Origin: a virus
Taxonomy: Duplodnaviria; Caudoviricetes
DNA: 38,923 nucleotides
Strand: one strand, 5' to 3'
IMG/VR virus record: IMGVR_UViG_3300042992_000792
Span: 1 to 38,923 of that record
Part shown: piece after piece, positions 8,535 through 16,100 of the stretch
Numbering within the stretch: position 1 is the first letter of the stretch
Layout of the letters: each line of letters starts with the position of its first letter
The notes under the pieces: model-generated
What the model saw: the letters and a program-made list of their open reading frames with translations, nothing else
Told to the model about the DNA's origin: nothing
Database searches by the model: none
Made by a program: the position numbers and the translations under genes

Positions 8535-8663
8535 TGATTTTTGCACAGCCATATATATAATATTCTAGCCTTTAGGTAATTCATAATACTTCAGTAATTC
8601 AGTATTAATTGAATTATTGAGTTATTATGAATTAGCACACTTTCTAAAAGTTTTCAGACATTT
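8535..8663. repeat. ~130-bp AT-rich element with palindromic TAATTCA core, copy 1
   Basis: Core 8577-8634 is a 25-bp-arm imperfect inverted repeat; whole element aligns with 34630-34757. Confidence 0.9.
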
Positions 8664-8885
8664 AGCGTTTTCAATTTCTACCTTATTTGGAGCCCAAAAG
8701 TCGTGTCCAATTGTTTCTGAATCCTGTAACCGGAACCGTTTACCGCGCCTGTCCGTCCGCGAAATGTGCTAACGTATCAAAAACTGTACACAAAGCGTCC
8801 ACTCCGTACTGTATCCTACACACTGTACCCTTTTAGGCTACGTGACACATGAAACAGGTCACATGATACAGGGTACAGGGTACAG

Positions 8886-9119
8886 TTACGCAGATTTTTC
8901 TTCCAGATAGCGTAACCTCTTGCGCTCCAGCAGCTTCTGGCGGTTTGTCAAGTAGTAATTTCGCTGATAATCCCGCACTTTTTCCAGTTTTTCTGGGTTT
9001 AGGCTTGCATCTAGCTCCTTTTTACGCTTCAGCGACTCCTTATTCTTGGTGTAATACGCCTTCTGGTAGGCTTTACGCTCCTCTTTGAACCGCTCGTAGT
9101 AGGATTCCTTGTCGCTCAT
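8886..9119 (-). CDS. Small basic K/R/Y-rich helical protein (77 aa)
   Basis: ORF track; repeated AYY.KNKE-type motif common in phage small proteins. Confidence 0.7.
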   Translation of the reverse strand: MSDKESYYERFKEERKAYQKAYYTKNKESLKRKKELDASLNPEKLEKVRDYQRNYYLTNRQKLLERKRLRYLEEKSA

Positions 9120-9305
9120 AGGGGTTATACTCTCGTGTCAACACCTTATTTGTCAAGTAAAATTATTTTTTCTCAAGCGTGTATATTAATATCATAGACC
9201 ACGCACAAAAACGCACACCCTACCCGTAGCCTGTATCTTCTATCCTGTATCCTGACTACAATACCGGAACAGAGATAGAGGGTTAAGGGTAAAGGGTACA
9301 GGATG

Positions 9306-9412
9306 CGGGGTGATCTGTGGGTGGGGCGCGGGCATAGGGTATCCCCCTAGGGGATACCCCACATGGGTGGGCGGGGGAGGGAGGGGAGACTAGGGGATAC
9401 CCCTTCGGGGTA
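9306..9412. other. G-rich tract with hairpins and G-quadruplex motif
   Basis: GGGTATCCCC-CTA-GGGGATACCC (9337-9359); GGGTGGGCGGGGGAGGGAGGGG (9365-9386); TACCCC-TTC-GGGGTA (9398-9412). Confidence 0.7.
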
Positions 9413-9519
9413 GTGGGTCGGCCAAACCCCTTTCGGAACCATAGGAAGTGGCGACGGTCAAGACGGTCTTGACCAATGCCAACCGAAACGAAAACAAAAA
9501 CAAAGTAGAATAAAACAAT

Positions 9520-10017
9520 ATGTCCAACAATAACAACAATACTGCCACTGCTATCTCCAACCTTATGTGGGAAGGATCGGTGGAGATCGTCAATCAGATT
9601 GCCAACCTTGTCTTTCAGCTTGCTGAAGAGATGAAACATGACCCATCGAAGATGGGCCTTGCAATCGGCAATGCTTGGCATCAAATCGGTGGCGAGGTTG
9701 AAAGTGCCAAACCAGCAAGACTTCTTATTGAATCTTGCCATGAAGCGAAGATGGATAAAAAGAGTATCTATGCTCTTATGAAATCAGCAGAGATTATCTC
9801 CAAACAGAGAGTTTCTCAAATCTACCAATCCTCCATCGAAGGCAACAAGGATGCCAACAAAGGGAGCAAGGATCGCAAAGCGAAGGATGGTCAAGGGGGT
9901 CTTGACAAGTCTGGCATCACATGGGAGCAGATCCTCGAAGCCATCAAGGCTCACCCACAGATCACCCGAGTCCAAGCCGAAACCGCAGCTGCCTTGCTCG
10001 CAAGCAAGATCGCCTGA
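9520..10017 (+). CDS. Hypothetical early protein (165 aa)
   Basis: ORF track; A-rich leader; first gene of plus-strand block. Confidence 0.8.
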   Translation: MSNNNNNTATAISNLMWEGSVEIVNQIANLVFQLAEEMKHDPSKMGLAIGNAWHQIGGEVESAKPARLLIESCHEAKMDKKSIYALMKSAEIISKQRVSQIYQSSIEGNKDANKGSKDRKAKDGQGGLDKSGITWEQILEAIKAHPQITRVQAETAAALLASKIA

Positions 10018-10037
10018 ATCCTGAATCCTGAATCCTG
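10013..10037 (+). repeat. Heptamer tandem (CCTGAAT)x3
   Basis: Direct reading; member of a CCTG(T/A)A(T/C) heptamer family seen at several loci. Confidence 0.85.
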
Positions 10038-10079
10038 CAAGTCCAACCCTTACAGGATACAGGAAACCTTATTCAAGAC

Positions 10080-10214
10080 ATGAAATCCATCATCCACAAA
10101 TCAATCCTCGTGGTTCTTTATTCAGCCATCCTAGTCGCTCTCGTGCGTTGGGCCTTTCAAGGCCCCTCGGATGTGGAGCTACGCATCCGCGCTAGTGAAC
10201 CAATCGCGCGTTGA
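10080..10214 (+). CDS. Small membrane protein (44 aa)
   Basis: MKSIIHKSILVVLYSAILVALVRWAFQGPSDVELRIRASEPIAR; single TM. Confidence 0.55.
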   Translation: MKSIIHKSILVVLYSAILVALVRWAFQGPSDVELRIRASEPIAR

Positions 10215-10284
10215 GAAACCCCCTTCGGCCTCAATAGGTATGAGGCCAGTCAAGACCTCCTAGACAAACCGAAAACAAAAACAT

Positions 10285-10428
10285 ATGACCAGAAACCAAT
10301 TCAATAGTATCTGTGCGATGCTCTACATCCACCCCGAAATCGCGCTCGAAAACGAGCGAGTCGTCAACGCCCTGCGCGATGGGGCGCATGAAGATGAAAT
10401 CGAAGCCATCCTCTACGAGGAGTTTTGA
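10285..10428 (+). CDS. Small acidic hypothetical protein (47 aa)
   Basis: MTRNQFNSICAMLYIHPEIALENERVVNALRDGAHEDEIEAILYEEF; bounded by motif A copies, A-rich leader. Confidence 0.75.
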   Translation: MTRNQFNSICAMLYIHPEIALENERVVNALRDGAHEDEIEAILYEEF

Positions 10429-10481
10429 GTCAAGACCTCCTAGACAAACCGAAAACAAAACAAAAACAGAAAGCAAAACAT

Positions 10482-10868
10482 ATGAGCAACACATACATTA
10501 AACACAAGCAAGAGTTTGTAGCCAAGATACCCAAATTCCTCGATGAATTAAAAGAAGACCTAGCAACAATAGATCAAGACTTTAGTGGGTTGGAGTATGG
10601 TATCGAAATGATAGCCAGAATGGTGTCGGAGTTTGTGGAAGATGCTGAAGACGCTATCAGGCTGGATAGAGCAGCGAGATTGCTGGATGAGAAGAACAAC
10701 TGCGTCCGCGTCCGCTGGTCAGATGGGGTAGATACCTTGATCTCTGGCAATGCTATCACGCAGGAGCTTCGAGATCACATCGCATGGCGCACCGAAAGGT
10801 ACGCCAGCAAGGGTGAGGATCTAACCTTCCGCATAGAGACGGGAGACCGCAGAAACATATTGAAGTGA
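10482..10868 (+). CDS. Hypothetical protein (128 aa)
   Basis: ATG after A-rich leader (ORF track extends upstream into the repeat). Confidence 0.75.
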   Translation: MSNTYIKHKQEFVAKIPKFLDELKEDLATIDQDFSGLEYGIEMIARMVSEFVEDAEDAIRLDRAARLLDEKNNCVRVRWSDGVDTLISGNAITQELRDHIAWRTERYASKGEDLTFRIETGDRRNILK

Positions 10869-10947
10869 GGCCAGTCAAGACCTCCTAGACAAACCGATTG
10901 CGTAGCTTTCCGCAAAGTTGAAGCGCAACACAAAAGAAAATACACAT

Positions 10948-12246
10948 ATGCAAACATACAATGCCGTATCCGCCGTATCCCCCGAAATTCGTGACCTCTT
11001 CGAGGGCATGACCTACTCCTTCACCGGAGCGGACGGGAGACCCTATGAGACCACCATCGAGGGTGGCGAGCCAGAGACCTACAAAATGGTTGAGACCATT
11101 GATGGCTCGCTTGCCAGACTCGTGGACTGCACACCCGTCAACGACGATCGTTGGTGCGGTCGCTTGTACTACAACGAAGAGCAACTCGAAGAAGCCGAAA
11201 ACAATGGCGACATTCACTACCTCTCTGATAGGGATCAATACTGGACAAGCGACCATGTCGTTTGGTCGGAAGAGGAGGACGAATACATCCATCAGAATGA
11301 TGCCATTAGAATTGGTGGGTATTGGTTCCTTTCCAGTTCTGACTCCGTCAGATACGACCATCGCGGTGAAGTTTTCCATGCCGAGGATGATGACTACTGC
11401 TATGTCGAATCGGAAGGCGAGTGGTATCATAGCTCCGAGTGTCATTATCATGACGACAGCGGCGAGTACCATTCTGGCGACGAATACGACTGCTGCGAGT
11501 GCACACCAGCCGAGAACCGGATCAACGAATATCACCATGCCCCGAAGCCGTCCATCTTTAGAGGGCTGTCACCCTACCTTGTCGGCTTCGAGGTCGAGAA
11601 ATGTTCAGTCGGTGGCGCGACAAATCGCGGCGACTATGTCGACACCAAGCCACTCTTCTCCGGCTGGGAAACGGACGCATCATGTGGCGTCGAAGGCATC
11701 ACCCATGCCTATGACCCGCTCGATGAAAGTGTTGCCGAGCAGTTTAGTCAAGACCTCCTTGACTCCGCCGACTATGTCAATGCGCCGAGCGATTCATCCT
11801 GCGGCGGGCACATCAACCTCTCGTCTACCGTCCACACGCCACGAGAGCTGATGGCAAAGTTCAAGGACTACGCCCCGCTTTGGTACGCTGTCTACCGCAA
11901 CAGGCTCAACAATAACTACTGCCACAACGACAAGAAGATCGAGCACGGCGGGGACAAGTACTCTCCGGTACGCACCAAGTCCTTCGGCATCGAGATCCGC
12001 TTGCCCAACCGAGTGCACAACGCAACGGTATTGCAACGCCGCTTCGAGTGGGTCGGGCTTACTTGCCAAGCCATAACGGACGAGACTTCGTTCAACGCCT
12101 ATGTCAAGTCATGCCGTGACCTGCTCCTCAATGGGGCGTACAACGGAGACCGCAACAAGTATGCGATGATCCTGCGACTGGCCCGCAACTTCCGAGTGTG
12201 GATGCTTGACGGCATCGCCCACCCATCCATCCAACAATGGATCTGA
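10948..12246 (+). CDS. Putative amidoligase (COOH-NH2 ligase, glutamine-synthetase-like fold) with acidic repetitive N-terminus
   Basis: GFEVE, WETDASCGVEGITH, SCGGHINLS, IEIRLP motifs; adjacent to GATase-II. Confidence 0.78.
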   Translation: MQTYNAVSAVSPEIRDLFEGMTYSFTGADGRPYETTIEGGEPETYKMVETIDGSLARLVDCTPVNDDRWCGRLYYNEEQLEEAENNGDIHYLSDRDQYWTSDHVVWSEEEDEYIHQNDAIRIGGYWFLSSSDSVRYDHRGEVFHAEDDDYCYVESEGEWYHSSECHYHDDSGEYHSGDEYDCCECTPAENRINEYHHAPKPSIFRGLSPYLVGFEVEKCSVGGATNRGDYVDTKPLFSGWETDASCGVEGITHAYDPLDESVAEQFSQDLLDSADYVNAPSDSSCGGHINLSSTVHTPRELMAKFKDYAPLWYAVYRNRLNNNYCHNDKKIEHGGDKYSPVRTKSFGIEIRLPNRVHNATVLQRRFEWVGLTCQAITDETSFNAYVKSCRDLLLNGAYNGDRNKYAMILRLARNFRVWMLDGIAHPSIQQWI

Positions 12247-12331
12247 TTCGTCAAGACCCCCTTGACAAACATGGTAGCGTAGCTTTCCGCCTAGTTGAAG
12301 CACCACCTAACCAATAGAAAACAAAACAAAT

Positions 12332-13333
12332 ATGTGCCTTATTATCCACAATCCAAAATGCAAAGAGATCCCCTACGAGATCCTCGACAACGCTATGTGC
12401 CTCAATCCAGACGGCTTCGGCATCTTCTACCATGACACAGGAGAGGTGCGCAAGACTATGGACTGGCAGAAGCCTTACGAGTGGATCGAGGAGGGGCGAC
12501 CCTTCACCTGCCACTTCCGCTATGCAACAAGCGGGCCTGTCAGCAAGAAGAACTGCCACCCGTTCACCATTGACGACCGCTATTCATTGATGATGAACGG
12601 CACTATCGAGCGGCTCAAATCTACCAAGTCGGTGGATACCTTCGAGCTTTGCAAGATCCTGCGTGACCTGCCGGAGGACACCATCCTCTCGATCTTGAGC
12701 ACCTACGCTTGCCGCTTTGCCCTACTCGACAGGCAGACAGGCAAGGCAACGCTCGTCAACCAAGACCTATGGACAAAGAAGGACGGAGTCATGTACAGCA
12801 AAGCCAACTGCCTACCGGACGAGAAGAAGTACAAGCCACACATCCAGCCATACCATGAGCAGGTGTGCTGGAAGGAGGGCAACTTCGGTGATGCCTATGA
12901 TGACGAGTGGTCATGGTACGACACGCAGATAGGCAAGCCCGACAAGCTCGATGCCACCCCTGTCCTGCACACGGTAGCTGTGTACGGCACGCTTAAGTCT
13001 GGTCACGGCAACCATAGCCGATTCCTAACCGAGAGCTACTGCTTGGGGGAAGGTAGGACTTGTGACGACTACCCCCTCGTAGTCGATGGCTTGCCCTACC
13101 TCATCGACCGCAAAGGTACAGGTCACAAGGTACTGGTAGAGGTGTATCGTGTAGACGACGACACACTATCGAGACTCGACGGACTCGAAGGGCATCCGGA
13201 ATGGTACCAGCGCAAGAAGATCCGCATTAGCCTCTACAAGGGCGGTACTACTACCGCATGGGTCTACATGATACCGGATACCAGAAGCCTCACCCACATG
13301 AATGATACTGGCGTTTATGTGGACTCGTACTGA
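12332..13333 (+). CDS. Class II glutamine amidotransferase fused to gamma-glutamylcyclotransferase (AIG2/GGCT-like)
   Basis: Cys2 (MCLII), NPDGFG, HFRYATSG, NCHPF, NG; C-terminal VAVYGTLKSGHGNH and LDGLEGHPEWYQR. Confidence 0.88.
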   Translation: MCLIIHNPKCKEIPYEILDNAMCLNPDGFGIFYHDTGEVRKTMDWQKPYEWIEEGRPFTCHFRYATSGPVSKKNCHPFTIDDRYSLMMNGTIERLKSTKSVDTFELCKILRDLPEDTILSILSTYACRFALLDRQTGKATLVNQDLWTKKDGVMYSKANCLPDEKKYKPHIQPYHEQVCWKEGNFGDAYDDEWSWYDTQIGKPDKLDATPVLHTVAVYGTLKSGHGNHSRFLTESYCLGEGRTCDDYPLVVDGLPYLIDRKGTGHKVLVEVYRVDDDTLSRLDGLEGHPEWYQRKKIRISLYKGGTTTAWVYMIPDTRSLTHMNDTGVYVDSY

Positions 13334-13382
13334 AGCCAGAAGTCAAGACCCCCTAGACAAACCACTAACCAAACTAAAGCAA

Positions 13383-13568
13383 ATGAATAAAGACAACCTC
13401 ATATCCACAGAAGAGTCGGTCAACGCCGCCATTGCATACCTCGCATCAAAGGATGCGCTGCACCTACTAGCCGAAGAAACGGAAGTGATGGGCAGTAATG
13501 TGTGCATGTGGCTTCCGAAAGAAGTGTCCGCCCTCGTAGTAAGGAACTCACCTCGTCGCCACAAGTGA
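13383..13568 (+). CDS. Hypothetical protein (61 aa)
   Basis: ATG after motif A leader; stop followed 2 nt later by the next motif A. Confidence 0.65.
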   Translation: MNKDNLISTEESVNAAIAYLASKDALHLLAEETEVMGSNVCMWLPKEVSALVVRNSPRRHK

Positions 13569-13598
13569 AAGTCAAGACCCCCTAGACAAACCCACAAC

Positions 13599-13694
13599 AT
13601 GATACCAGAACTAACAATCATATTCTTGATCCTGCTGGCTGTCGTTATCTCTGCCCTGTTGCAGGACAACGACAACACAAGGTTCAAACACTAA
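13599..13694 (+). CDS. Single-TM micro-protein (31 aa)
   Basis: MIPELTIIFLILLAVVISALLQDNDNTRFKH after motif A. Confidence 0.55.
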   Translation: MIPELTIIFLILLAVVISALLQDNDNTRFKH

Positions 13695-13717
13695 AGCCAA
13701 ACGACAGCGACATAAGT

Positions 13718-13789
13718 ATGGAACCCCCAATCATATTCCTCTGCATCTACATGATCCTTGCGATCCTTGCGAGCATTGGACGCCCATAA
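13718..13789 (+). CDS. Single-TM micro-protein (23 aa)
   Basis: MEPPIIFLCIYMILAILASIGRP. Confidence 0.4.
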   Translation: MEPPIIFLCIYMILAILASIGRP

Positions 13790-13867
13790 CCGAAGCCTGT
13801 ATCCTGCACGATGGATACTGCGTAGCTTACCGCATAGTTGGAGCCTTAACCACCAACAAATACACAT

Positions 13868-14044
13868 ATGAACAACGACATGACCGCTATTGAAGAACTA
13901 ATCCACACCATCGACCAACTCAAATGCCTCGCCGAACAGGCACTCGATCTTGCCGCTGAGTACAGCGGCGGCGAAAGTGAAACTGCTGATGTGCTCCGTG
14001 AGATGCTCGACCGCGTGATGGAAGAACACCACGCCAACGACTAA
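13868..14044 (+). CDS. Small acidic helical protein (58 aa)
   Basis: MNNDMTAIEELIHTIDQLKCLAEQALDLAAEYSGGESETADVLREMLDRVMEEHHAND, between motif B copies. Confidence 0.75.
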   Translation: MNNDMTAIEELIHTIDQLKCLAEQALDLAAEYSGGESETADVLREMLDRVMEEHHAND

Positions 14045-14110
14045 CACTTAACTGGATGCGTAGCTTACCGCATAGTTGGAGCACAACCTAACAAATAGAA
14101 ACAAACAAAA

Positions 14111-14656
14111 ATGCAAGATAGAATACAACAACTACGCAACGAACTATTCACGGCGCACCGAGAAGCATACAAACAGATCGAGAAGAAGATGCGGGAGCAG
14201 CCACTAAAGGTTGAGCATCTGTTCGATGGCGCACCCGAAGGTGCGTTCAGTTGGGAAGGTGATCCCGACGATGTCGGCAACGCATATCATTGCGGTGACG
14301 ATGAGTGCGAAGTAGGATGGCACGAGGACTGCGAGTATCATAGCTTGGGCCGCGACGAGAACGGCAAGACATGGTATGTCGTGTATCAAGACTCCATTGC
14401 AGGATGCGGAGACTACCAACCTACTGCAGGTTGGGATGAGCGTGAAGGTGATGAGCCATCCGAAGCGGTCTTGCTTGATCTCCAGTATCACTTCGAGTCT
14501 CGTATGGTTGACCACTTCTACGAGTGGGCTGTGTACAATCTCGACTGCGCCGAGACTGGTAAAGACCCCCTCGATCAAGCGTTTCGCGAGCTTACTGCTG
14601 ATGAGTGGATCAAGTCCGCAGAAAGCAACCTCAAGTATCTGCAAATGCATAGGTAA
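14111..14656 (+). CDS. Acidic hypothetical protein (181 aa)
   Basis: ORF track; motif B leader. Confidence 0.8.
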   Translation: MQDRIQQLRNELFTAHREAYKQIEKKMREQPLKVEHLFDGAPEGAFSWEGDPDDVGNAYHCGDDECEVGWHEDCEYHSLGRDENGKTWYVVYQDSIAGCGDYQPTAGWDEREGDEPSEAVLLDLQYHFESRMVDHFYEWAVYNLDCAETGKDPLDQAFRELTADEWIKSAESNLKYLQMHR

Positions 14657-14662
14657 TTAACC

Positions 14663-14878
14663 ATGAACATCGTAAGAGAATACATGCCAAACGGAATGCC
14701 GATGCTGATCCAAGGCGAACTCAACAAAGACAACATCGTGGACACCGCAACGGTTCGGGTGCACCCGCTGACCAACGAGGGCAAGGTGCTGTTCGAGTTG
14801 AAGATACCCGCCGACGACAGCTTCATTATCGCTACGGCAGACAGGTTGACTGACCTGTACGCCGTAAAAAATAATTGA
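14663..14878 (+). CDS. Hypothetical protein (71 aa)
   Basis: ORF track; tight packing. Confidence 0.7.
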   Translation: MNIVREYMPNGMPMLIQGELNKDNIVDTATVRVHPLTNEGKVLFELKIPADDSFIIATADRLTDLYAVKNN

Positions 14879-14983
14879 GAAAAGGTATTGACCCTTTCAG
14901 GAAACTGAATTACAGATGATCGCAACGCCGACTGCGACAGCACAAATGGTCGGCCCTCTAATACAAAAGCAAACAAAAATAAT

Positions 14984-16066
14984 ATGACAACTAACTCCAT
15001 TAACCCAACCAAACCATCCGAACTCCTCGACCTCGCGGAGATCGCAGTAGCAACCGACCGCTTCCTGTTCATCGTGGGTAGCGGTGGTGCTGGCAAGACC
15101 AGCATCGTCACCAAGATCCTCGCCCCGCAGATGGGACGCAAGGTGTATTGTGTCAACCTCAACGGGCAGGGCCCGCAAGAGGTGATCGGATACGGCAAAC
15201 CAGACGGCGATGACATGTCGTTCTACGCACCGGACATTTGGCCCACCGCCAAGCGTGTAGGTGACGAGCCTGTGCTCCTGTTCCTCGACGAGTGCAACGA
15301 CTACGATCCTGCGGTGCGCGCCCTGCTCCGTTCCCTGTACCCTGCATCCGGTGACCGGATGGTTGGTCCTCACAAGTTGGGCACTAATGTGTTTGTCGTG
15401 TGTGCTTCCAACCGCAGACAGGACGGCACCCGATCCGCCGTTGAGGATGCCCCGTTCACCGAGCGTTGCGTCAAGGTCACGCTCGAACCCAATGTCGGGG
15501 ACTGGCTTGACTGGTACGATAGTCAAGCCAAGCTGACGGCAAGCGGGTCTCATGTGCCAGCGTTCCTCAAGTTTGGTACGACTAGCGGTGACGGACTCGA
15601 CCACTTCAACCCGCCTGTCGTCATGCCGTACGATGGCGTGCCCCATCCATGTCCTCGTACATGGGAAGCGGTAGCACTGGCACACCCATTCCGCGCCACC
15701 AAACCGGAAGCGTTCCGCAAGTTCGTGCGAGGTTCGGTCGGTGATCGTGCGGCGTCTACTTACTTCGCATTCCTCCAGCATGTGGACAAGTTGCCGGACA
15801 TCGCCACCCTCAAGGCTGACCCCGATTCCTTTAAGGTACCGGAAGATCCTGCGGTGCAGTTCGCCCTCGTGTCCGCTTGCCTTGCCATCGCTACTCGCGG
15901 CGTCAAGGACATCGCCATTGCCGTACACAGCGGCGGCTTCGACTGGCTTGTGTCCCTACTGCTCCGTTGCCGTGGCGACATTCGTGAGTTCGGTGCACGC
16001 TCTGCCGTACGCCGAGGCATCCCTCTGGATGAGCACCCACAATCCCGTGACCTCATCCTCGCATAA
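14984..16066 (+). CDS. MoxR-like AAA+ ATPase
   Basis: Walker A GSGGAGKT, Walker B LLFLDE, sensor ASNR, arginine finger PFTER, CPRTWE. Confidence 0.85.
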   Translation: MTTNSINPTKPSELLDLAEIAVATDRFLFIVGSGGAGKTSIVTKILAPQMGRKVYCVNLNGQGPQEVIGYGKPDGDDMSFYAPDIWPTAKRVGDEPVLLFLDECNDYDPAVRALLRSLYPASGDRMVGPHKLGTNVFVVCASNRRQDGTRSAVEDAPFTERCVKVTLEPNVGDWLDWYDSQAKLTASGSHVPAFLKFGTTSGDGLDHFNPPVVMPYDGVPHPCPRTWEAVALAHPFRATKPEAFRKFVRGSVGDRAASTYFAFLQHVDKLPDIATLKADPDSFKVPEDPAVQFALVSACLAIATRGVKDIAIAVHSGGFDWLVSLLLRCRGDIREFGARSAVRRGIPLDEHPQSRDLILA

Positions 16067-16100
16067 GCAAACAACAAAACAAACAGAATAGAAATACAAC

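Larger units (their letters stand above)
9456..13587. repeat. Dispersed 17-bp dyad GTCAAG-N5-CT(A/T)GAC (motif A), 9 copies
   Basis: Starts at 9457, 9890 (reversed spacer), 10249, 10429, 10874, 11747, 12250, 13342, 13571. Confidence 0.92.
10900..14082 (+). repeat. Dispersed 25-bp motif B GCGTAGCTT(T/A)CCGC(A/C)(A/T)AGTTG(A/G)AGC, 4 copies
   Basis: 10900-10924, 12277-12301, 13820-13844, 14058-14082; each 23-30 nt upstream of an ATG. Confidence 0.9.

Noticed and set aside
9283-9741. Minus-strand ORFs across the G-rich region
   Set aside because: Low-complexity translation of regulatory DNA, antisense to the 165-aa gene.
10249-13587. T(A/T)GACA half of motif A as a plus-strand sigma70 -35
   Set aside because: No consistent -10 at 16-18 nt; in one copy the position falls on the start codon itself.
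10241-14082. Motif A/B repeats as a CRISPR array
   Set aside because: Intervening segments are 180-1400 bp, irregular and protein-coding; no cas genes.
14897-15928. 343-aa antisense ORF over the MoxR gene, and many similar antisense ORFs over capsid, portal and giant gene
   Set aside because: Shadow frames expected from codon bias of the real genes; no motifs or leaders.
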